A DNA stretch of 64,000 bases from Histomonas meleagridis 2922-C6/04-290x (Eukaryota > Protista > Parabasalia), in assembly GCA_020184695.1 (NCBI GenBank), contig JAANOX010000063.1, forward strand, positions 62,001-126,000, read 5' to 3'. Every line of letters starts with the position of its first letter. The stretch's first letter is position 1. This document shows positions 34,592 to 44,470 of this stretch, piece after piece. The position numbers and the translations under genes are program-made. The notes under the pieces are model-generated. The model was not told where the DNA came from. It did no database searches and saw nothing but the letters and a program-made list of their open reading frames with translations.

Positions 34592-37114
34592 TTAAGTTTC
34601 CTTTCGATTTATTATAATTCTTTTTACCACCATAAACAGAGCGTTTTCATTCAAGCGCTGCATCAGCAGTACGTTTTGTAGTTCGTTCACTTCATGCTGC
34701 GACAGCTTCATATTGTCCAACACCGTCTGCAGCACATTATTTGGCTGGCACACTCCGTTCTGTACCAACTTAATAATGAAATTTAATGCGTAATGTATAT
34801 TACCGTCGTCGAAATTTGTAAATATTCCGCCCAACAACGAAACCATTACAATGTTCAAAGACTCAATGACTACTTGCGAAGCGTTTTCTAACATATAATC
34901 TATCATATATATAATTATGTATATAATTCTTTGGTCATTAAGACTTAGAAATTGTAATATGTAATCGATCTTGAAGTATAGAAAGAACAAACTCCATTTG
35001 ATGTCTAACAAATCTTTGATGAAACAGAGGCCATAATATATAACTTGTTCATCATTAACCTGATTTATGTTTTGTAAAAAAATCATTATGTCATCAATAG
35101 GTAAATAGTTGGTTAGCTTCTTTAATAAATCAAAATGCAATTTGACTGGGGTTTGTCGTATCGTAATTATTATGAATTGGATAACGTCAATTTGATTGGT
35201 GATGATCTTAGATTCCATACATTGAAGCAAAAAATCACAAAATGACTCAACAACTACTTCTTGTTGTGGATTGTTCCATAACGATGACATCAGTGTGAAG
35301 ATTTGTTGATAAATAATCTTAAATGTATTACAGGCTACATTGTTGGGACCCCAGTATTCTAACTTTGACATCGATTGGGAACATTTGGCAAACTTGTTCA
35401 AATAGATAAAATAATTGGAATCTGATGTTTGGAATAATTGGGTAAATAAATTGGTGTAGGAATTAACTATGGCTTCTACTATTTGCGGAATATGATATGC
35501 TTCCGATTGTTCTACTGGTACTCGATAAATGAGATTTAATAAGATCTGATTGATCGGAATGACTAATTCAGGAGGTGAGTTTTGAAGCCAATTAAGTAGT
35601 GGTAAGATAAGGCTTTCTTCGTTCTCTAAAAATGGGTTATAAAAATGTTTGATTAAGGATTTAATTGTTTTAGCATAAAAAATGGCGGATGGCGAATTTA
35701 AATTATTTCCAAATTCATTATAGATCAAGATAATAGCTTGAGAGTTGACTTCCTGTGGAAGATGCTCACAACATATCCGAATAAAATGTAAAGCAATCGG
35801 AGATAATGGTGATTTAACTAAAGCCTCTGACAAGGTTGGGAGAAATTTGGTATGAACTAATGGAGATGATGAGGTAATAGCATATATTAACCCTGGTGTT
35901 ATCCCTTGCTGGATTTTTGCACCGAAAAAGTCGAGTAAAGTATTCAAATACAGTGGAATATCACTGAATGCATAGAAGCCTTTGGCAACTCGATTTACGC
36001 AATAAATGTCGACGTGTTGATCTATTTGCATAATCATAAAGTCCAAGAATCGTGGAACAAATGGCAAAAAATGGATAAATGAAGGTTCTTGAGATAGGTT
36101 ATTAAATTGTTCACCTGTTAATAAAAATAGTTCAATTAACTCATGAGGAAGTTCAGCAAATGATGGGAGAGAAGCACAAAAATGTTCAAAAGCTACAAGT
36201 GAAAATGATGATACACAATTAGACAAAAATTGTGAATCATAATCAATAATTTCGCTCCATATGTATGAGGCAAGTTGAATGGAAACATCATCATAAGGTG
36301 GATGAGTAAGAATATCACAAATTCCAATACCAATTTCAAATATTCGTTGGATAAATGCGATGTTTCCTTGATCTTCGGTGTAATTTTCATCTCCTGTGAT
36401 CGTGGTAAGCAGATCTATGAAAGCTGGATAATAATCTGAGTTATATGGAATCATTTCAATTTTGGGCATAAACGGATAAAAATGTACATATGAATCAAAG
36501 TATATAATTTTTATTGCCCAAACAAGCAAAAGAATCCAATCTATGGATATGTCTGCTTTTTCGAGGATGAAAAATATGTTATTGAAAAATGATTTAATCT
36601 TTTCTATGAACTGCTGGCTTCCATTTGGAAAATTCTCAAGTAAGTTTTTGAAGAAATGTGGTAAAAGATTTAGTGGAAACTCTTGAAATGTGTCAATATA
36701 ATTTGGAAAAATAGTGGCTATTATGGTTATGCAATCTAGAAACTTATAAGTACACATTTCGGAAAGCCCAGGTGCAAAAGAATTATTAATTCTTCTTTGT
36801 AATGACCTAAATACTTGTTCAATTGTCATTTCATTAAATTTGTCATGAAAATGTGTCAAAAGAAATTCAATGCATTTTCCACCAAAAAAGAGAACATTTT
36901 GGTCAAATGAAGTTTCGATGATTTCAATTGCTGTCCCTATTGATTCTGGGTTTCTTTCCCAATTACATAACCATGTATCAGCATTCTTTCTTTCTTCTTC
37001 GTTGGTGCTAGAAAGTACTGCTTGAACAGCAAGGGAAACCTCGTTAACCAATGCGAATGTGAACTGAAAAGTGTCATGATTCTGAATATAACAGGGCACC
37101 CCATATAATCTCAT
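34592..37114 (-). CDS. Importin-beta-family HEAT-repeat protein (divergent)
   Basis: N-terminal IBN_N-like segment EERKNADTWL.NWER.PESI..AIEII....DQNVLFFG, followed by helical repeats. Confidence 0.6.
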   Translation of the reverse strand: MRLYGVPCYIQNHDTFQFTFALVNEVSLAVQAVLSSTNEEERKNADTWLCNWERNPESIGTAIEIIETSFDQNVLFFGGKCIEFLLTHFHDKFNEMTIEQVFRSLQRRINNSFAPGLSEMCTYKFLDCITIIATIFPNYIDTFQEFPLNLLPHFFKNLLENFPNGSQQFIEKIKSFFNNIFFILEKADISIDWILLLVWAIKIIYFDSYVHFYPFMPKIEMIPYNSDYYPAFIDLLTTITGDENYTEDQGNIAFIQRIFEIGIGICDILTHPPYDDVSIQLASYIWSEIIDYDSQFLSNCVSSFSLVAFEHFCASLPSFAELPHELIELFLLTGEQFNNLSQEPSFIHFLPFVPRFLDFMIMQIDQHVDIYCVNRVAKGFYAFSDIPLYLNTLLDFFGAKIQQGITPGLIYAITSSSPLVHTKFLPTLSEALVKSPLSPIALHFIRICCEHLPQEVNSQAIILIYNEFGNNLNSPSAIFYAKTIKSLIKHFYNPFLENEESLILPLLNWLQNSPPELVIPINQILLNLIYRVPVEQSEAYHIPQIVEAIVNSYTNLFTQLFQTSDSNYFIYLNKFAKCSQSMSKLEYWGPNNVACNTFKIIYQQIFTLMSSLWNNPQQEVVVESFCDFLLQCMESKIITNQIDVIQFIIITIRQTPVKLHFDLLKKLTNYLPIDDIMIFLQNINQVNDEQVIYYGLCFIKDLLDIKWSLFFLYFKIDYILQFLSLNDQRIIYIIIYMIDYMLENASQVVIESLNIVMVSLLGGIFTNFDDGNIHYALNFIIKLVQNGVCQPNNVLQTVLDNMKLSQHEVNELQNVLLMQRLNENALFMVVKRIIINRKET

Positions 37115-37844
37115 ATTTTAATTAAGTTTCTTCTCTTATATATATTAATTATGGTCGCCTTTTTGATGAATTTCCGATCTCTTAATTTAATTGCATTTGA
37201 TTTTGTTTCCTAAATTGAGCTTAAATTTTCCCCATGTGTAATTTTTGGAATACAACTTTAAAAAAACGCTAAAATTTTGACTATTTTTTTCACAGAATTT
37301 GTAAACTTTTCGAAAAGTTATCCATTGCTCATTTATTTTTATAATCTATTCAATTTATAAATTGGAATTAAATTTCTCCGATGGAATAAACATTTTTCAT
37401 ATAAAAATAAACCCATTTTTGAATCTCTGTTAAAAATTAGAGCTATTAATAAGAGTGCAATAGAGAACTCTTATTTCCGGTTTCCATCATGTTTAGGTGT
37501 TTAAAAACACTAAGCTTCGTTTAAAAAAAAAAAAATTATGATAAAATATAAAAGTGAACATAAATTTGTCAGCAAATTAAAATTTATTATTCTCCACGTT
37601 TAAAATATCTGAAATCTTCGAAAACTTCTTTGATAACTTCTTTCTATATTAAAAAAAAAAAGTAAATTTTCATAATTTATTATTTCTTAAGAAAAGAGAT
37701 TTAAAGATTCCTAATATAGAATAATCATAATTTTATTCAATTTGAACAAAGCAGATAAATTACTTATTTCTAAAAACAGGATTTTAACACATTAAAATTT
37801 CTTATTTAATTTAATAATCATCAAATTCAGACAATTGAAATTAA

Positions 37845-38966
37845 TCAATCATCCTTTTGTATTGTACATGCAACACCCCAAATTTCCAACTTCATCAGAT
37901 ACATCCATCTATTCCCAGACCAATTATTTCCAGTTTGGACAATTCTGAAGTATCTGAAGAATCCATTTGTATTTACTGGCCATGTACAAGTAGAAAATGG
38001 TTCTTTTATAGCTTTCTCATCCCTATGCACAGATAAAACAACCCAATTTTTCCTATCGTTTGATGCTTGGAAGGTGAAGTTCCTTAACGTCGAATAACCG
38101 CCATGCGACCAGATCGCATAATCAGTAGGTTGCACATAAAGTGGTTCAAAGTCAATTAAAACCCATGCGTTACCATCGCTTTCAGTAAACCAATGTTGCT
38201 TAGGTTGACTTTGAACGATAGATGTTGGATCTCTTCCATTAAACATGCCAGAGGAATAAACTTTGATCTGATTTCGAAGTAGTTGTGTAAGGCCATCATT
38301 TGGTGGTGAACATATTGCAACTGCAGAATATGATGTGCGTTGGAGTGAATCATCAGAATCACTTTGTAATGTGGTATAGTCATCAATATTAACAGAAGTA
38401 AGATTAGTAGCTGTTAGATATCGCTTAATAATGTCATCACGCGTATAATTATTGGAAAATCTGGAATATGATATTAAAAGTTTGAATTCTTTCGGAGTCA
38501 TAAAACTGAAATCAGTTTCTGTAGAAAGCTTTTCGATAAGAGTAGCAGCATATTTGAGAAAATTTGGAAATTTAGAAAGTGCAAATTTGATTTCGGTTAG
38601 AAGTTGAAGACATGAACGAGTTGTACATATTTGATCAATAAATTCAGAACACGTAGTTATTAATGAATTAATGTCAAAATCGCATGCAATTTTGACAATT
38701 CCTTGGAGATTTTGATAGTTTAAGGATATATTTCCGGTATAAAGAAATACCAAGAAGGTGCGAAAAGATTCTATAGAGTACTGAGAAAGATCGGCTGTGG
38801 TTATTTCATCTGAAGAAAAAAATTCGGAAAATTTCTTTGAACATCCAGTTAAAAGAATTCGATGAGAACGAAGAGACTCTTTTCCGAAGTTTAGTGTACA
38901 ATCAGTAAATAGATCACTTTTATTAAAATCAAAAGTAATCGGAACGTGGAATTGGTGCTCAAGCAT
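37845..38966 (-). CDS. BTB/POZ plus F5/8 type C (discoidin-like) domain protein
   Basis: BTB: DCTLNF....LRSHRILL.GCSKKF...FRTFLVFLYTG. C-terminal WVLIDF, LRNFTFQASND..NW and FRYFRIVQTG. Confidence 0.85.
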   Translation of the reverse strand: MLEHQFHVPITFDFNKSDLFTDCTLNFGKESLRSHRILLTGCSKKFSEFFSSDEITTADLSQYSIESFRTFLVFLYTGNISLNYQNLQGIVKIACDFDINSLITTCSEFIDQICTTRSCLQLLTEIKFALSKFPNFLKYAATLIEKLSTETDFSFMTPKEFKLLISYSRFSNNYTRDDIIKRYLTATNLTSVNIDDYTTLQSDSDDSLQRTSYSAVAICSPPNDGLTQLLRNQIKVYSSGMFNGRDPTSIVQSQPKQHWFTESDGNAWVLIDFEPLYVQPTDYAIWSHGGYSTLRNFTFQASNDRKNWVVLSVHRDEKAIKEPFSTCTWPVNTNGFFRYFRIVQTGNNWSGNRWMYLMKLEIWGVACTIQKDD

Positions 38967-39313
38967 TTTGATCCGTTATACGGCCAAATAAAAAATCAGA
39001 AAAATTCTTTCCAAACAAAAGGGAAAATCTAACTAAACTAAACACCAATTTAATATTAATTTGATAAGAAATAGACACGTTTAAATAATAAGTTAATTTC
39101 AAATTATTAAATCATTGATTTTTTCAAAATATAAATAACAAGAAAGAGCTATGAGAAAATGTGTCATGTCATAAGGTAATCAGCTATTTTTTAAGTATAG
39201 AAGCCAAAAAAAAACAAAGTTCAAAAACATGTTTTAATGATTCCAAAGTTAACGGTTTCCAAATTTGAAACTTTTGAAAAAGTGGAACTCGACCACAGAT
39301 TCCAAAAATTTTA

Positions 39314-40174
39314 ATGAGCGGACTCCCTTGTAACACGTGCCATATGCGTTTTAATACCCGCGCTGAACTTTCCGAACATTATAGAAGCGAATTTCATAAA
39401 ACTAATCTTGTTCTTTTTTCAAATCATCAACCAATATTAACTCTTGAACAATTTTTAGCCAAAAAAGCAGAACAAGCAGAAGAAAACGCTAAAAAAGAAG
39501 CCGCTGAACACAAACATAAAGAAATTGTCGAAGAGGAAGAAGATGATGGAGAATTTGATGAGTCTCAATGTCGTGATATTCCTGCTACTGAATGTCTATT
39601 TTGCGGTCAAACATTTGAAAACGAAGATATTGCTCTTGAGCATATGAGTTCACATGGATTTAGGTTCCCATATCCAGAAAAACTTAAAGACAGAAAAGGG
39701 CTTATGGAATATCTTGGTGAGAAAGTTGGCGTTGGTAATTGTTGTGTCTATTGTTCTCGTCAATTTAAGTCACTTTCTGCCGTTCGTGATCATATGCGCG
39801 GCAAATCACATTGTGCAATTTCTTTTGACGAGGAATTAGAAGACTACTATGCACCAGAAACTGGCATTTGTGAATGCAACTACTACATTGATGAAAATGA
39901 TGAAATGCATTTGCCAAATGGAAAAATTATTGGCCATAAGAAATATCAACGATATTACAAACAAAACATTCGTCCGGTTGAAGAGATTATGAAGGGCAGA
40001 AGACTTCCAATCGAAGGTCCCAAGAAACCGCGTGAATCAATCACCGAACAAAACGATCCAATCCTCAGAAAGAGAGAATACTACCACCAGAAATACATAT
40101 CCAAGAGAGAGAGAAGGCTGGTATCGAAAACATATCATCCATTCTCAGATATTCACCGTGGTAACGCAACATAA
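39314..40174 (+). CDS. REI1: Rei1/ZNF622-like pre-60S maturation factor
   Basis: C2H2 fingers CNTC...HYRSEFH, CLFC...HMSSHGF and CVYC...VRDHMRGKSHC; LPNGKIIGHK.YQRYYKQ. Confidence 0.88.
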   Translation: MSGLPCNTCHMRFNTRAELSEHYRSEFHKTNLVLFSNHQPILTLEQFLAKKAEQAEENAKKEAAEHKHKEIVEEEEDDGEFDESQCRDIPATECLFCGQTFENEDIALEHMSSHGFRFPYPEKLKDRKGLMEYLGEKVGVGNCCVYCSRQFKSLSAVRDHMRGKSHCAISFDEELEDYYAPETGICECNYYIDENDEMHLPNGKIIGHKKYQRYYKQNIRPVEEIMKGRRLPIEGPKKPRESITEQNDPILRKREYYHQKYISKRERRLVSKTYHPFSDIHRGNAT

Positions 40175-40690
40175 AACATTAAAATTATTCTTATTTGCAT
40201 AAATACATTTTAAAATTAATTTTTTTTTTTTATTTAAAAATATTTTTTGTAAATTATGTAATATGTCAAATAAGTAAATTTCATGCATAATCATTCATTT
40301 TAATTTTTTGGTTTCTTTGCTTCATTGAACACGATTTGAATTATTCATAAGTAAATATTCATATATGGGATCCCTTTTTTATGATAGATAATCGGTTTCA
40401 CTTTGGGTTAAAAAGTTGAAAAATCTGTCTATTACATTTTCTTTTCATATCTTTCAATCATATTATTTAACAGTTAACTGCATGATAACCTATTAATTTT
40501 ATCCAGTTATAAATACATCCATCAGCTTCACCTAAATATTCGAATGCTTTCCGTCAATGAAGAATCTAATTGATTGACCTTGTTTAGATGTTTCTAATAA
40601 TCTTAACTTAGTTGAAGGATAACCATTTCGATAAAAGAATCTGTTATTTGGTAGTTGAGATATTATGCTCTATTTAGAGAGACTTAGAAA

Positions 40691-40909
40691 GATAATTTGG
40701 AATATGTTTTAATAATTTAGAATATGTTTTAATAATTTGAAACAGCACTTCATATAGCAGTTAAAAATAATAATATAGAAATAGTAAAATTACTTTTAGA
40801 TAAAGAAGGAATTGATGTTAATGCAAAAACTATTCATTTTAATAATTTGGAATATGTTTTAATAATTTAAAATATGTTTTAATAATTTGAAACAGCACTT
40901 CATATATAA
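40691..40909 (+). pseudogene. Orphan ankyrin unit (31 codons) flanked by 20-nt tandem repeats
   Basis: 40742-40834 = TALHIAVKNNNIEIVKLLLDKEGIDVNAKTI. Both flanks are 2.5 copies of aataatttRRaatatgtttt; no start codon. Confidence 0.8.
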
Positions 40910-41191
40910 CTTGTTTTCTTTTCTCATTTGTTTTTTATTTTTTGACTATACAACTTTTGCAGTCATTGGAAAGGATTATCTTTAAAATCAACGAAGGTAA
41001 CGTATAACCTTCAGCTGAGTCAACTTTATAATTAGCTAACGGTCAGATTTCTCCATATGATTTGTTATTTGGAATTTCATTGCCACCCATGATTCTAAAA
41101 AACAATGTATTGCAAACACATGGAAGTGAAAACAGTGCCCAAGTTTACAAAAGCTTAATCTTGAAAAGTGTAAACCGATTTAACGTATTTT

Positions 41192-41204
41192 AACCGTTTC
41201 ATTT
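41192..41204 (+). promoter_or_regulatory. M3-like Myb site AACCGTT abutting a TCATTT initiator upstream of the DUF3447-ankyrin gene
   Basis: tAACCGTTTCATTTtccaataaaatcaATG. A similar AACCGTT...TCACTT arrangement lies at 49416-49434 before ATG 49449. Confidence 0.5.
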
Positions 41205-41217
41205 TCCAATAAAATCA

Positions 41218-43749
41218 ATGAAAAATATAAATCAAGACAATGAAAACGAATTAACAACAATTTTATCGATTAAACAAATAATTTTCAATATGAACAAAGA
41301 AGATGTATTGCAATCAGCACATTTATTAGTTAATAAATTTGATGAGAATTATACAATATCTTTTTATTTGCTTGTTTGCCAAATAATTTATTCCTCTTTT
41401 TTGATAAAAATTGATTATTGTGATGTATATTTAAATTTCATTAATGAAATAGCAACATTTGAAAAAAATACCAAAAGAAAATCAACGATTTTTAATGTGT
41501 TTACAAATTTTCTTCTCGATGTAGCATCCGATGAATCATATTATCTGCTTAGAAAGATGGTTAATCGTGGTTTTATTGATTCTAAAAATGTTTATAATAT
41601 AAAGAATGCATATTTTCCATATTTAATGTCTGATGAAGAAATCAATGAATTGAGTAGATATTGCTGGCATGATATCCCAACTTTACTACTCTTTGAAAAC
41701 ATTGATGAGCTAAGGAAAAATGATTGGAAACTTCATAAGCAACTATTTGAAGATGGAGTTAATCCAAATGAAATTGCGCAAATAATTCGAAATGACGAAA
41801 CAGAAAAACTTCAAGAAATAGCATCAATAAATAATTTTAATTTTAACCAAGAAATTGAACCATCACTTTATGAAAGATGTACATTTATTAACAATTTTGT
41901 TTCATTAATAGATTATGCTGCATTTTTTGGATCTGTTAAAACTTTCAAATATTTACTTATGAATGGTGCTAAAGTACGAAATACATTAAAATATGCAATT
42001 GCAGGTGGAAACAAAGAAATCATTCATTTATGTCAACAAAATCATTCTACATTTGAAGATGTATATGAAACTTCAATAAAATTTCATCGAAATGATGTCT
42101 TTAACTATCTTTTTGAAAATAAAATTGTAGAAAATTATAATTTGGAGAAATTAGGGATAAAATGTATTTTACATCATAATTATGAAGTTTTTACGTTTTT
42201 GCTCAAACAAGGAATGAAAATTAATGATGATATCATCAATAAAGCAGCAAAACAGGAAATATTGTTTTTATTAATTATTTTTTCAAGGAAAACCAGCTTC
42301 CAAAAGATATTATAGTTTATGCATCGGGATCAGGAAACATTGAACTTGTTGAATATTTTCTCAAACAAAAAAAATTTGATATTAACGTTAAAAATATTTA
42401 ATAACTTTATTCGAAATTTATTTTAAATACTTAAAATTTTAATATAATATTTGGAAATTGTTTTATTTATTTGACACAGCACTTCTATATGCAGTTAAAA
42501 AAAGTAATTTGGAGATATTTCAATTACTTCTCGAGCAAGAAGGAACTGATATTAATGCTAAAAATATTTAATAATTTATTTTAATATTTATTTTAAATTT
42601 TTATTATTTTAAAATAATATTTGGAAAATATTCAACTTATTTAATACAGCACTTATGTATTCAATAGAAAAACATAACCCTATGTTTCTTAAATTACTTC
42701 TAAAACAAAAAGGAATTGATATAAATGCTAAAAATATTTAATAATTTAGTTTAATGCTAATTTTATGTTTTTATAATTTTAAAATAATTTTTGGGAATTA
42801 TTTGATTTATTTGTTACAGCTCTTATGTATTCAATTGAAAAATATAAAAATGAATTTTTTAAATTACTGCTTGAAATAAAAGGAATTGATGTTAATGCTA
42901 AAGATATTTATTTATTTTATTTAATATTTATTGTGAAAAATTGAAATTTCATTCTAGTATTTGGAAATTATTATACTTATTTAATACAGCACTTATGTAT
43001 TCAATTGGTCTATCAGATAAATTTATGCCAAATTCTATAGAAGCATACAGAAAAAGTAATATGGAAATATTTAAATTACTTCTCGAGCATGGAATAGATA
43101 TTAATGCAAAAACTATTTATTTACCTAATTTAATTTTTATTTTTATCATTTGTTGTTTCAAAATAACATTTGGAAATTATTCAAATTATTTATGACAGCA
43201 CTTATTTATGCATCTGAAAGAGGTGACACTGAAATAGTTAAATTACTTCTTGAACAAGAAAAAATTGATGTTAATGCTAAAGATATTTGTTAATTTTTTT
43301 TAATGTTTGTTATAAAAAACTAACATTTGTAAATAACACATGGAAATTATTTAAATCATTTTCAACAGCATTTATTGAAGCATCTAGAAATGGTCATATT
43401 GAAATTGTTAAATTACTTCTTAATCAAGGAATTGATATTAATGCTAAAGATATTTGTAGGTTTTAATTGAAATTTATTTTAACAATTTTATATTTCAAGA
43501 CAACATTTGGAAATTATTTTACATATTTTGGACAGCTCTTATGAAAGCGTCTTATGGGTTTCATGATGAAGTAATTAAATTTCTTCAAGAACAAGAAGAA
43601 ATTGATATTAATGCTAAAAATATTCAAATTTTTTAATCAATATATATCATAATATTTTGATGGTTCAAAATAACATTTGGAAATTATTCTTATTATTTAT
43701 GACAGCATCTATGATTGCAGAAAACATTATAAATCGTTTTTGTTCTTGA
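41218..43749 (+). CDS. DUF3447-ankyrin protein A: DUF3447 body plus ankyrin units split by eight 77-nt spacers
   Basis: Body 41218-42398 needs one A in gcaaaaca (~42250). Ankyrin segments: 42476-42568, 42646-42738, 42816-42908, 42986-43117, 43195-43287, 43365-43454, 43532-43624, 43702-43749 (stop). All are open. Confidence 0.85.
42399..43701 (+). other. Array of eight fixed-length 77-nt intervening sequences (period about 170 bp)
   Basis: Spacers at 42399-42475, 42569-42645, 42739-42815, 42909-42985, 43118-43194, 43288-43364, 43455-43531 and 43625-43701. Each has TGG at nt 54-56. Confidence 0.92.
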
Positions 43750-43849
43750 ATTTCTATTAATAATTTATTAAACAAAAATAAAACATTTTTTTTTTTTTTT
43801 ACTGATTACTATACATATAATTTTTTTTTCTTTAAAATGTTGTTTGTTA

Positions 43850-44230
43850 AATAGTGTTAAGAATTTGAAATAATAGAAGTGATGGCTCAAGGAGATTTTG
43901 TTGAAGATGAAAAAGATTTTTGTTGGTGAGATTGAGATAATATTAGAGAATATTAGATATGGATGTAATAAAATGATTGATGTCAAATTCGGGTATTTGA
44001 ACATTAGCAATGTCAAGAAAAAGAAGGATTTGAACAAGCATATGTTGGAGTGTGCCAAATTTGGATGATTCATATTCATAATTTGAAAAATGCCAAAAAT
44101 TACTCTAACCAAGAGGAGCAAGATCTCATTTGTAGTATGGATAATTAATGTTGCTAATTGAGTTTCTATCGAATTATCATCAAAAATTAGATTTTGATTT
44201 TTGGAAGGAATAGCTTGAGGAATTGTTTAG
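43850..44230 (-). pseudogene. Possible decayed helical-protein gene fragment
   Basis: Protein-like reading (IPQAIPSKNQNLIFDD...LLLLVRVIFGIF...DIANVQIPEFDINHFITSISNIL*) only across a frameshift and a stop; no family recognised. Confidence 0.25.
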
Positions 44231-44470
44231 CTGAAGATTTAAATAATTACCTTAATTGAAATGATTGTGTACCTACATCTTCTTTAACATACTGAATAAA
44301 AATCAGAAAGCTTTTACACACAAACTTTTATTCCTACATGTAAACTTCGTGAGGCTCACATGTGCGTATAATGTCTTCAAATCTGACCAAAAAATTCATG
44401 AGAAATTAAGTGACACGTCCACTTCTTATAAATGATTTTGTTAAAATATTTGCGCGTTTATTTATTCAAA

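Noticed and set aside
37448-37475. 9-bp hairpin AATAAGAGT...ACTCTTATT
   Set aside because: An isolated, AT-rich short stem expected by chance at this base composition.
40490-41190. Protein-like fragments in the Rei1-DUF3447 intergenic region (WD40-like GEADGCIYNW on minus; LANGQISPYDLLFGISLPPM on plus)
   Set aside because: Short, broken by stops or frameshifts, and not assignable without a search.
42396-42451. Matched-codon ribosome hop from ATT to the ATT before TGG (53 nt)
   Set aside because: The landing codon is TTT or ACA in three spacers, and in-frame stops lie downstream of it at 60681 and 60845.
42396-42472. Excision between ATTT direct repeats at the spacer ends
   Set aside because: It would remove 73 nt and leave the downstream unit out of frame.
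42390-42481. Spacers as U12-type AT-AC introns (ATATT at the 5' side, AC of the Thr codon at the 3' side)
   Set aside because: The resulting lengths (84 or 82 nt) do not restore the frame, which needs 3n+2, and the ATAT is absent at junctions with ACT, GCT or GGA codons.
42470-42481. Spacers as ordinary GT-AG introns ending at ACAG
   Set aside because: Only two junctions have GT near the 5' end, two end in ACTG with no AG, and using ACAG would destroy the conserved Thr-Ala codons.
40691-43701. CRISPR-like repeat-spacer array
   Set aside because: The conserved units are protein-coding ankyrin segments and the spacers are homologous to each other; eukaryotic context with no cas genes.
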